Shown piece by piece: positions 9,768 through 18,092 of a stretch of DNA of 64,000 bases. The translations under genes and the position numbers were made by a program. Source of the DNA: Gemmatimonadota bacterium. Lineage in GTDB: Bacteria; Gemmatimonadota; Gemmatimonadetes; Palauibacterales; Palauibacteraceae. The stretch lies in the NCBI GenBank assembly GCA_039587355.1, contig JBDHIO010000004.1, forward strand, positions 88,733 through 152,732. The letters run 5' to 3'. The notes below the pieces were generated by a model that had not been told where the DNA came from, ran no database searches, and saw nothing but the letters and a program-made list of their open reading frames with translations. How positions within the stretch are numbered: the stretch's first letter is position 1; the number at the start of each line of letters is the position of its first letter.

Positions 9768-11555
9768 TCACGCTCCTTCGTCGAGTTCGGCGAGCATTCG
9801 GCGCGCCACCGGTGCGAGCGCGCTCTCGGGATACCCCACGATCAACTGTTCGAGCCACCCGGTCGCCTCGTGCGCGCTCGAGTGTCTCGCCAGCCCCAGG
9901 AGCGCCGCCGGCGTCTCGGCACTGGACGGGTACGCCTCGACCACCCTGCGCCAGAGAGACACTCCCGTCTCCCGTCTCCCGGCCTGCACAGCCTGCGCCG
10001 CGAGGTACGCGAGCACTGTGGCCCGGCCCGTGGAGGCGGGCGACCCCGCGAGCTCCCGCAGAGAGGGCGACAGATCGAACCCGGAAGGGTCGCGGTGGAG
10101 CCCGAACGCGGCGGCTCCAGCGGCCCGGATCTCGGTGGAGTCGGCCGCCTGTACCACGGTCAGCAGCTCGATCCGTGCCGTGAGGACCGCGGCATCGAGA
10201 CCCGGTTCACCGAGCGAGCGCTGCACGCGCACGATCGCGCTGTCCTGTTCCCCGCCCCAGAACGCCAGTCGACCCGCCGACGCATCGAGCGCCCCCCCGG
10301 CGCCCGCCTCGCCCGCCGCTACAGCCGCCCGTCCCTCGCCGACCACGTCGGCGGCACGGGCCAGTTCACCGCCGCGGGCGTGGCCCTCGGCCAGCTCGCC
10401 GTACATCGCGGCCCGGGCGCGCAGCGAATCAGGGTACGCCGCCGCGTATCGATCGAGGACCGCCCTCGCCTCGGCCAGGCTCGTCGGATCCGCCGCCAGC
10501 AGACTGAACAGCCGACGTGTAGCCGCATCGTGCGGACCGGCTCCCGGATCGGTGTCGCGGGCCAGGGCCTCGAAAGCCCCTCTGGCGGTCGTCGTGTCAC
10601 CCGCCGCCAGGGAGCGGTCCGCGACCATCGCCTGCCATCGCAGCTTGTCCACCGGGCGGGGGCTCAAGAAGACAAGTTCCTGTGCCGCCCACGCCACCTC
10701 CTCGGGCAGATCGGCGAGGTCAGACTCCCTGACGTACTCGCGCAGGAACGGGACTCGCTCGTCGCCGCCGACTCTGTTCGCGAGCCGGCGCGCGCTCTCC
10801 GGGCGCCCCAGGCGGAGTGCGACGAGACTCCCGGGGCCGGCGGGTGTATCCGACTCAGCGAGTTGATCCACGAGGCGTTCCAGCGCCGCGGTCGGTTCCG
10901 GAAGCGCCCTGATGTCCTCCACGACCGCTTCGACGGGAGGATCGTCGCCGGAAAGAACGGCGACCCAGACGTCGGTGGCATCGCCCACATCTCCGGACTC
11001 GACCAACAGGTCCGCCCGCCGCAGACGGATCATCCTCGTCCCTGCCCCTCGCTCGACCGCCCGGCGGAGCTCGTCTTCCGCTTCTCCCGACTCGCCGGCC
11101 GCCACCAGGGCGTCCGCCAGCGCGAGAACCGCACGTTCATCCGCCCCGTCCATCTCGACCCAGCGTCGAGCGACGGCGCGGGCCGAGTCAGGGATCCCCG
11201 CGTCCATCAGCACCCGGACCCAGATCTCCCGCACACGTCCAGGGGAGGGTTCTACGGCTGCCGCGGCCTCTGCCCGGGCAAGAGCGTCATCGAACTTGCC
11301 GTCTTCGACCGAGATTCGGTGCAGGAGGTCGAGGGCATCGGCAGAAGCGGGGGCACGTACGAGAAGGTCCACGAGAATCGAGCGCGCCTCGTCGGGACGG
11401 TTGGCGGCGAGCAATCCGTCCGCCCGGTCCACGGCCCGACGTTCGGCCGCCGGCGAGACCTGCCCGGAGACGGGCGCCGACACGGTCGGGACGCACAGAG
11501 CGAACAGACCCCACATGACGGCTCGGCGTCCGATCACGCCCGGGAGATCAGCCAT
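9768..11555 (-). CDS. Secreted tetratricopeptide-repeat protein (BatC-like)
   Basis: 595 aa. Signal peptide MADLPGVIGRRAVMWGLFALCVPTVSAPVSG, then Ala/Leu/Arg-rich helical repeats with TPR-like periodicity. Start overlaps the upstream stop by 8 nt. Confidence 0.65.
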   Translation of the reverse strand: MADLPGVIGRRAVMWGLFALCVPTVSAPVSGQVSPAAERRAVDRADGLLAANRPDEARSILVDLLVRAPASADALDLLHRISVEDGKFDDALARAEAAAAVEPSPGRVREIWVRVLMDAGIPDSARAVARRWVEMDGADERAVLALADALVAAGESGEAEDELRRAVERGAGTRMIRLRRADLLVESGDVGDATDVWVAVLSGDDPPVEAVVEDIRALPEPTAALERLVDQLAESDTPAGPGSLVALRLGRPESARRLANRVGGDERVPFLREYVRESDLADLPEEVAWAAQELVFLSPRPVDKLRWQAMVADRSLAAGDTTTARGAFEALARDTDPGAGPHDAATRRLFSLLAADPTSLAEARAVLDRYAAAYPDSLRARAAMYGELAEGHARGGELARAADVVGEGRAAVAAGEAGAGGALDASAGRLAFWGGEQDSAIVRVQRSLGEPGLDAAVLTARIELLTVVQAADSTEIRAAGAAAFGLHRDPSGFDLSPSLRELAGSPASTGRATVLAYLAAQAVQAGRRETGVSLWRRVVEAYPSSAETPAALLGLARHSSAHEATGWLEQLIVGYPESALAPVARRMLAELDEGA

Positions 11556-14500
11556 CGCGTCTCTCCCCCGAAGCCGGTGGCGGTGGCGGTCGCGTCTCCG
11601 CGGGGGCCGGACGGGCGGTGCTTCCCGAGCGATTCAGTCGATCGAAGTAGTCGAAGATCAGCGGACGATAGAAGATCGGCAGATCGCGAAGCAGATCCTC
11701 CGACGGGAGCGGGTATCGCCGGCCCCGGAGAGCATCGATGTCGATCTCGGGGGCGCCCCGAGGAACCGCCTGCCCCGTGGTCGACTCCCGGCGGTTGGGA
11801 TCCGGCTCTTCGTCCTCCTCTTCCAGCGACCTGCCCGCGTCCAGCATCCGCTCGAACAGTCGTCGCTGCCGATCGAGCGTCTCCTGCGTTGGTCCGGACT
11901 CCTCGAGCTGGCGCGCGAGTTCCTCCGCTTCCCGCGCCAACTCCTCCGGGCTGCCCAGGAGATCTCCCTCCGAGTCATCCATATCCTGGAGCTCTTCGGC
12001 GATCTGCTGCTGCTGGCGGGCCACCTCCTCGGTCCTCTCCTCGCCGGAGGGCTTCGGTCCCGGCATGAGGAGCGAGCTCGTCTCCTGGGTGATCGCCTGC
12101 TGCTGCTGGGCGAGAGACTGCATCTGCTCGCCCGCCTCCTGTCCCTGAGACTGTTGCTGTGCCGCCCGGGCCGCCTGCTCGCCCGCGAGAAGCTGCATCG
12201 CGAGACCGTTCAGCGACTCCTGGATGCCCTCGGCCTCCGCGCGCGATGGCAGCCGTCGTGCGCCATCCTGCGCCAGGCGCTCGAGCAACCCGTCCATGCG
12301 TTCGATTGCCTCGCCGGCCGCGGCACCGGTTTCCTGATCCATCAGCGCCGCCTCGTTGCCGGCTTCAGCCAGACGATCCAGGAGATTCTCGAGCCCCTGG
12401 CGGATCGCGCCCTGTCGCGCGCGCCAGGTCTCAGGGTCCTGCGCATCCTCTCCACGGGTCGCTTCAGCCAGTCGCCCTTCCTCCGCGGCCAGAGACAGAG
12501 CCTCCGATCGTGCCCTGCCCAGGGTCTCGGCCGCGTCTTCGCGCCCTGCCTGCTCCATGCTCTGCTGCGCGGCACCGAGGGCTTCCGCCGCCTGCTCCAT
12601 CGCCTCCGCCGCCTCCGACGCGGCGTCGCTGCTCTGCGACTGTTCACCCGCCTGCTGCTCTCCGGCCTGCTGACCCTGAGCGGCGGCTTCTTCCATCCGC
12701 TGCATGGCCTCCTGGGTCCGCTCCCCGGCAGCGGCGGCCGAGTCCGCGGCGGCCTGCTGCCCGGTCTCCTCCAGCCGTCGCTCCAGTTCGTCGAGCGCGG
12801 CGGCCAGGTCTTCGGCGTCTTCCGCGAGGCGCTCCTGCTCCTCCACGAACTCCTCCGGCGTGCTCTCTCCGTCGGCGAGTTCGCGCTGCTCGGCCGCCAG
12901 ATCCTCCGCGTTTGCCTGCGCAGACTTCATCTCCTGATCGAGCGCGGCCTGATCGAGCATTCCGAGGGTCCGTTCGAGCTGTTCCCGAAGCCACTCCGAA
13001 TCCTCCGAGAGCTCGTCGAGCGCCTGCCGTACGGATTCCGAATCCAGGTCCTGCAGCGCCTCCGCGAGCTGTTCGATCTGGTCAGAGAAGCCCGACTCCA
13101 TGAGCTCCCGATACCGCTCCGCCAGCATCTCCAGCTGCTCGGCCAATGCCTCGTCGTTCACGGAGGACTCACTGGCGTCATCGGCCAGATTCGCCATCTC
13201 GTCCTCGAGGGCCGCGAGCTCCTCGGCGGCCTCCGCTGCGGCGTCGAGCACCGCCCGCGCCTCTTCGGTGGCCTCGAAACCCGTCTCCGCCTCCTCGCCG
13301 GCGTCAACGCGTCGGGCAGCGTCCGCGGCAGCTTCCGCGAGACGGTCCATGGCGTCCTCTAGCTCCTCGGCCGAGTCGGAAAGACCCCGGGTCTCATCCG
13401 CCCGCGCGTCGCGAATCTCGGTGAACGTCGGCACCCTGAGCAGGAACGTGTCCGAGATCGCCGGCCCCCGCGATGGGTGACCGTCGAAGGCCTCGAAGCG
13501 ATAGAATACCGTGTCGCCCGGCAGCAACTGTTCATCGCTTCGATCGATGAGATGCCGAAAGACCGCCCGGCGTGCGCCGTCCGGACCGGGAGCGAGCGTC
13601 TCGCGCCGTTCGCCCGCCTCTGACCCGAGTCCGGAACGCCACGACCGCAGCGCAACGGCTCGAAGCCCGATGTCGTCCTCGACATCGACCACGATCGGCA
13701 TCACCCGATCGGATCCAAGCAACGTATCGGGCGGCGGGAACAGCAGCTGAATCCCGGGTCGCAGGTCGGGGACGAGGACCACACGAATGGGGTCCGGGAG
13801 GATCGCGTCGCCGATCTCATCGACAGCTCGGAGCCTCCAGTTCCACGTGCCCGAGCGGACGGGCGTCAGCGTGACACCGAAGCGGGGACCGTCCAGCGTG
13901 AGCGGCAGCGCGGGTCCTTCTTCGACCGGGAACTCACCGATGTCCGGGGGGGTCCGGACGAGTTCGCCCAGCGTCAGATTCAGGTTGGCCTCCCCCGACA
14001 CCGTGAGCACCGTTCCCTCCGGCGTCACGAGGGGCGGGATCTGCCCCCGGTGCGTCTCAGATGGGCGTCCGAGGTACGCCGGGTACTCGACCCGGACCTG
14101 GATGTCCTGGACCAGTAGAGGCTCGAGCGGACGAACCAGAATCGTGTCGCTGGAGCCGGAGGCGGCATCCTCGACCCATACCCGGGTCGGGACGCTGATC
14201 GGGCCCACCCGAGCCGTGCTCTCCCCCGACTGGGGGACGGCGATCGAACGCCGGACGGGGGGTTCGCCCGCAGGTCGCACGACGAGGTCAACCTCGAACC
14301 TCCCGTGCGCCGTGATCCCGACCGTCGCCACTTCGCCCCTCGTCACGCGTGTCTCCAGCCGCAGCTCGAGCGGCGGCAGCGGATCCGGGAACGCCGTTTT
14401 CCAGGGGGCGCCGAGCGCCAGCGCGGCGGAGAGAGTGGGCGCCGGCCGGACGACAGCCGAGGCGCCCAATGCGAGCGCCGCCAGGACGGACACCGCGGCG

Positions 14501-14958
14501 GCCGTCCGGAGCCGGGACCGCCACGCCGCGCCGGTCCTCGGCAACAGCCCGCCGATCGGAACTCCGCTCAGCGAGCCTTCCACGCGGCGGCGGTGCAACT
14601 GAACGAGATCGAGCGAACGACCATCGGACCCGACGTCGAACTCGAGCGCCCCCCGCAGGTCTCCGGCGCCGAGGCCCGCCGCCGCGTCCGCCTCATCGGC
14701 AAGCATCTCCGGAGCGAGCGCGCGTGCCGCCCGCCCGGCATTGAGCACCGTGACAACCACGAGAACCATGACGACGAGACCGAAGGCGAGCGGGATCAGC
14801 GACCCTCGACCTTCCCGCGCAGACTGAGGCAGCAAGGACAGAAGGACGATGGCCGCCAGCACGACGCCCACGGCAAGGGTGCCGGCGGTCAGCAGCACCC
14901 GTGCACGCACGGCTCGACACGCCCGCGCGAAGCGCTCGAGACCCCGAGGCTCAGCCAT
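11548..14958 (-). CDS. Large membrane protein: N-terminal double-TM anchor (TIGR02226/BatA-like), beta-rich domain, about 470-aa acidic E/A/Q/D coiled-coil low-complexity region, conserved C-terminal domain (DUF4175-like)
   Basis: 1136 aa. N-terminus RARVLLTAGTLAVGVVLAAIVLLSLL...LIPLAFGLVVMVLVVVTVL (two TM helices). Residues about 520-1000 are EAAEELAALEDEMANLADDASE... repeats. C-terminus DRQRRLFERMLDAGRSLEEEDEEPDPNRRE...LPIFYRPLIFDYFDRL. ATG overlaps the rsmI stop by 8 nt. Confidence 0.7.
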   Translation of the reverse strand: MAEPRGLERFARACRAVRARVLLTAGTLAVGVVLAAIVLLSLLPQSAREGRGSLIPLAFGLVVMVLVVVTVLNAGRAARALAPEMLADEADAAAGLGAGDLRGALEFDVGSDGRSLDLVQLHRRRVEGSLSGVPIGGLLPRTGAAWRSRLRTAAAVSVLAALALGASAVVRPAPTLSAALALGAPWKTAFPDPLPPLELRLETRVTRGEVATVGITAHGRFEVDLVVRPAGEPPVRRSIAVPQSGESTARVGPISVPTRVWVEDAASGSSDTILVRPLEPLLVQDIQVRVEYPAYLGRPSETHRGQIPPLVTPEGTVLTVSGEANLNLTLGELVRTPPDIGEFPVEEGPALPLTLDGPRFGVTLTPVRSGTWNWRLRAVDEIGDAILPDPIRVVLVPDLRPGIQLLFPPPDTLLGSDRVMPIVVDVEDDIGLRAVALRSWRSGLGSEAGERRETLAPGPDGARRAVFRHLIDRSDEQLLPGDTVFYRFEAFDGHPSRGPAISDTFLLRVPTFTEIRDARADETRGLSDSAEELEDAMDRLAEAAADAARRVDAGEEAETGFEATEEARAVLDAAAEAAEELAALEDEMANLADDASESSVNDEALAEQLEMLAERYRELMESGFSDQIEQLAEALQDLDSESVRQALDELSEDSEWLREQLERTLGMLDQAALDQEMKSAQANAEDLAAEQRELADGESTPEEFVEEQERLAEDAEDLAAALDELERRLEETGQQAAADSAAAAGERTQEAMQRMEEAAAQGQQAGEQQAGEQSQSSDAASEAAEAMEQAAEALGAAQQSMEQAGREDAAETLGRARSEALSLAAEEGRLAEATRGEDAQDPETWRARQGAIRQGLENLLDRLAEAGNEAALMDQETGAAAGEAIERMDGLLERLAQDGARRLPSRAEAEGIQESLNGLAMQLLAGEQAARAAQQQSQGQEAGEQMQSLAQQQQAITQETSSLLMPGPKPSGEERTEEVARQQQQIAEELQDMDDSEGDLLGSPEELAREAEELARQLEESGPTQETLDRQRRLFERMLDAGRSLEEEDEEPDPNRRESTTGQAVPRGAPEIDIDALRGRRYPLPSEDLLRDLPIFYRPLIFDYFDRLNRSGSTARPAPAETRPPPPPASGERRDG

Positions 14959-15847
14959 TCGCCTCGTCCGAATCGACCAGGCTCATTCTGTATGCGTCGT
15001 TACGCGACAAACCGAACCGCTCCCTCAGCGCGTCCGCGATCGCCCTTCGACCGTCCCCGGCCCGGACCATCTCGTGAACAACAGCCGCGATCTCCGTCTC
15101 GTCCGGAGGCTCGTCGGACGTCCCGACGTCCCCGGCCATCACGAGGGTCACCTCGCCTTTGACCGATTCCTCACCATACACCGTTGCTAGCTCGGCGACC
15201 GGCCCCGATCGAATCTCCTCGTGTATCTTCGTCAGCTCACGGCACACGACGAGTCGCCTCGCTCCGAGGCCCGTCTCGACCAGTGCCGCCAGCAAGTTCG
15301 CGAGCCGGCCCGGCGCCTCGAACATCACAACGGTAACCCTCGAACCCGCCACATCGCTCAACCAGTTCGCGCGCTCGACCCCCTTTCTCGGAGCGAATCC
15401 GACGAAGAGGTAACGATCAGCCGGCAGACCGGAGGCCGAGAGCGCCGTGGAAACGGCCGATGGTCCCGGCACCGGGGACACGATGAATCCCGCCTCGAGG
15501 GCGGCCTGCACCGCCCGCGCGCCCGGATCGGACACCGTCGGCGTTCCCGCGTCGGACACGATCGCCACGTCGTTTCCGGCTTCGAGGAGCGCGAGGATCT
15601 GACGGATGCGCCCCTGTTCGTTGTGGGCAAAGAGGGAGAGGAGTTTCGGGGCGGCCCGGAGCCTTCCCACCAGGCGTCCCGTCCGCCGCGTGTCCTCCGC
15701 GAAACACGTGTGAACATGCTCGAGTGCCGACACGACCCGCGGACTCATGTCGTCAAGGTTGCCGATCGGGGTTCCGATCACGAAGAGGGTTCCGCCCTCG
15801 GCGACGGCGCTCACGGCGCCCCCCGCCCAGAAGACAGGCCCCCACAA
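14951..15847 (-). CDS. rsmI: 16S rRNA (cytidine1402-2'-O)-methyltransferase
   Basis: 298 aa with TLFVIGTPIGNLDDMSPRVV and a tetrapyrrole-methylase fold. TTG start with GGGAGG 10 nt upstream. Confidence 0.85.
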   Translation of the reverse strand: MWGPVFWAGGAVSAVAEGGTLFVIGTPIGNLDDMSPRVVSALEHVHTCFAEDTRRTGRLVGRLRAAPKLLSLFAHNEQGRIRQILALLEAGNDVAIVSDAGTPTVSDPGARAVQAALEAGFIVSPVPGPSAVSTALSASGLPADRYLFVGFAPRKGVERANWLSDVAGSRVTVVMFEAPGRLANLLAALVETGLGARRLVVCRELTKIHEEIRSGPVAELATVYGEESVKGEVTLVMAGDVGTSDEPPDETEIAAVVHEMVRAGDGRRAIADALRERFGLSRNDAYRMSLVDSDEANG

Positions 15848-15929
15848 ACACGCGACGCCTCCCGACCTGTCACGGCCGGGAGGCGATCAATCGGCGGACC
15901 CTCGTCCGCCGGCGTGTGCGACACGATTC

Positions 15930-16268
15930 CTACGCGTGCTGCTCGATCTTTCCCTCGAGAACGGCCTTCGGCTGCGCACCGATCACGGTGTCCACGAGTT
16001 CTCCGTCCTTGAAGAAAAGGATGCTCGGAATGGAGCGTACGTTGAAACGCAACGCCGTGTCGGGGCTCGCATCGACGTTGAGCTTGCCCACCTTTACACG
16101 AGTGCCCTGCTCGGTCGCCAACTCGTCGACGATCGGCTCCACGAGCCGGCACGGCCCACACCACGTGGCCCAAAAGTCCACCATCGCGAGACCTGAGTTC
16201 GACTCGATCTCGTCGCTGAAATTCTCGTCGGTAATCTCGACGACAGCGCCGCCCTGTTCTTCTGTCAT
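15930..16268 (-). CDS. trxA: Thioredoxin
   Basis: 112 aa with the WCGPC active site. GGGGAGAA SD upstream. Confidence 0.92.
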   Translation of the reverse strand: MTEEQGGAVVEITDENFSDEIESNSGLAMVDFWATWCGPCRLVEPIVDELATEQGTRVKVGKLNVDASPDTALRFNVRSIPSILFFKDGELVDTVIGAQPKAVLEGKIEQHA

Positions 16269-16310
16269 TCTCGGATTCTCCCCTTCCCTCTAGCCCATGC
16301 CCCCTATCAC

Positions 16311-16363
16311 CGCGCGTATCGCGCGAATCGGGTGGCTGTCGAAACGTTGCTCCAATACGTTGC
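16311..16363. promoter_or_regulatory. 15-bp palindrome CGCGCGTATCGCGCG plus direct repeat ACGTTGC-N6-ACGTTGC in the trxA/mce divergent promoter region
   Basis: Seen directly in the sequence. Lies between divergently transcribed trxA and mce. Confidence 0.25.
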
Positions 16364-16413
16364 GGGCTCCAGAACACCGGTTGCTCCATCGGCTCGGACC
16401 CCGCCGCCGTCCT

Positions 16414-16851
16414 ATGACTGACAACACCGAAATACCACTAGCGGTGCCCATAATCGACCACGTCGGAATCGCGGTCAACTCGCTCGAAAACGCGATTCCC
16501 CGCTGGGCCGCGATCCTCGGCCGCCAGCCCGACGGAGAGGAGGTCGTCCCAACCGAAAAGGTGCGGGTCGCGTTCTTCGGGGACGGGCTCGGGCGCGTCG
16601 AGCTCCTGGAGCCCACCGACCCGGATTCCCCGATCGCACGGCACCTCGAACGGCGCGGCGAAGGCGTGCACCACGTCTGCGTGGTGGTGAACGACCTGGA
16701 GGACACGCTCGTGAAACTCGCGGAGGAGGGGGTAGAGCCGATCCCGCCCGGCATCAGGGGCGGCGCGGAAGGATCCCGCGTCTCCTTCCTCCACCCGAGA
16801 TCGATGGGCGGTGTCCTGCTCGAGCTCCGAGAGGCCCGCGGAGAGACTTGA
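16414..16851 (+). CDS. mce: Methylmalonyl-CoA epimerase (VOC/glyoxalase family)
   Basis: The track ORF starts at 16297, but the conserved VOC domain begins MTDNTEIPLAVPIIDHVGIAVNSLENAI... The 16297-16413 extension covers palindromic, promoter-like sequence, so ATG 16414 is preferred. Confidence 0.78.
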   Translation: MTDNTEIPLAVPIIDHVGIAVNSLENAIPRWAAILGRQPDGEEVVPTEKVRVAFFGDGLGRVELLEPTDPDSPIARHLERRGEGVHHVCVVVNDLEDTLVKLAEEGVEPIPPGIRGGAEGSRVSFLHPRSMGGVLLELREARGET

Positions 16852-17585
16852 GCGACCCCGGGCCCCGGTTCTCTGTCATCGTGCCCACCCTGAACGAGGC
16901 CGACGAGATCGCGGACTGTCTGGATCGTGCCGCCCGCGCGTTGGGTGACGGAGTCGAATTGTTGGTGGTCGACGGGGGAAGCACGGACGAGACGCCATCG
17001 ATCGCGGCCAGCCGCGCGACCTTCGTGACCTGCCGCCCCGGACGGGGGCTCCAACTCGCATCAGGGGCCCGGCGAGCGACCGGTCAGATCCTCGTGTTTC
17101 TCCACGCCGACACGTGGCTTCAGCCGGGGTCCGCCGGGGCAATCGACCGCGCATTGAACGATGGCGCCACGGCGGGGTGCTTCCGCCTGGGGTTTCGGGA
17201 CGCCCGGTCGTTGAAGTACGGAGCGCTCGCAGCCGCGATCGACGCTCGCACCCGCCTGTTCAGGACGGCGACCGGAGATCAGGCGATCTTCGCGACACGC
17301 GCCGCGTACGAGGCCGCTGGTGGATTCGAAGCCATCCCACTTTTCGAGGATGTCCGGCTCGTGCGCGCCCTGAGGCGCACCGGCTCCTTTCGACCTCTCC
17401 GTGAGCGTGCGCTCACGTCGGCGAGGCGTTGGGAACGAGAAGGGTTTGTCCGCACCATTGCCCGGCACCTGACGCTACGGCTCCGCCACCAGGTGGGGGC
17501 AGAACCGCGGCGGCTGGCGGGGCTCGATGTCGACGCGGACCGGAGCCCGCCATCGGTCAGCGGCCCGTCAGCGCCTCCGTCATGA
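16848..17585 (+). CDS. Family 2 glycosyltransferase (TIGR04283-like)
   Basis: 245 aa with FSVIVPTLNEADEIADCL...LLVVDGGSTDETP. TTG start overlaps the mce stop (TTGA). Confidence 0.8.
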   Translation: MSDPGPRFSVIVPTLNEADEIADCLDRAARALGDGVELLVVDGGSTDETPSIAASRATFVTCRPGRGLQLASGARRATGQILVFLHADTWLQPGSAGAIDRALNDGATAGCFRLGFRDARSLKYGALAAAIDARTRLFRTATGDQAIFATRAAYEAAGGFEAIPLFEDVRLVRALRRTGSFRPLRERALTSARRWEREGFVRTIARHLTLRLRHQVGAEPRRLAGLDVDADRSPPSVSGPSAPPS

Positions 17586-18009
17586 TCTCCTCGACGAACC
17601 AGCGGCCCCCGTCGTTCGCGGCGAGAAACGGCACCGTGACATCTCCGTTCCGCGTACCGACCATGTCGACCGCGATCCGGTGTTGGCCCTCCTCTTCCGC
17701 GACCGGCACCCGACGCAGTTCATAGGACTGGTGTCGAAGGAGCGAGCCGAGGATGTACATCCGCTGCTCGACCTCGACTCTACCGAGGTCCTCCGAGGCC
17801 GGCCCGTCACGAGTACCGAAAAGACGTGCCATGAGCTGGAAGTCGCTGCGATTCGCGGCATCGAGAAACTGGCCGACGGCGGACTCGGCACTCAGCGCGC
17901 CATAGGCGCTCTCAATCGTGGCTCCTCCGCTCGAACTGCCGGACGAAGCACACGCTGACGTAACTGCAAGAAAGGCAACCGCCACCCAGGATCCGGGCTT
18001 CACACGCAT
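17557..18009 (-). CDS. Small secreted/lipoprotein-like protein, unknown function
   Basis: MRVKPGSWVAVAFLAVTSACASSGSSSG... (signal peptide plus Cys). GGGAGG SD 5 nt before the ATG at about 18009. The track start at 18015 is a GTG inside the SD. Confidence 0.5.
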   Translation of the reverse strand: MRVKPGSWVAVAFLAVTSACASSGSSSGGATIESAYGALSAESAVGQFLDAANRSDFQLMARLFGTRDGPASEDLGRVEVEQRMYILGSLLRHQSYELRRVPVAEEEGQHRIAVDMVGTRNGDVTVPFLAANDGGRWFVEEIMTEALTGR

Positions 18010-18044
18010 CCACACCTCCCGTTTTCGGATCCAATCCCTACATG

Positions 18045-18073
18045 ATTCTACTGTCGTGGGACGCTCGCTCCAA
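18045..18073 (-). promoter_or_regulatory. Sigma70-like promoter in the clpB/lipoprotein spacer
   Basis: mRNA strand TTGGAG-17 nt-TAGAAT, about 35 nt upstream of the GGGAGG SD of the 17557-18009 gene. Confidence 0.3.
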
Positions 18074-18092
18074 GCCTGCGGTTGCCCGCGAG

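Noticed and set aside
16297-16413. N-terminal 39-aa extension of methylmalonyl-CoA epimerase (MPPITARIARIGWLSKR...)
   Set aside because: It covers the palindromic intergenic region. The VOC domain is complete from the ATG at 16414, and the extension is not family-like.
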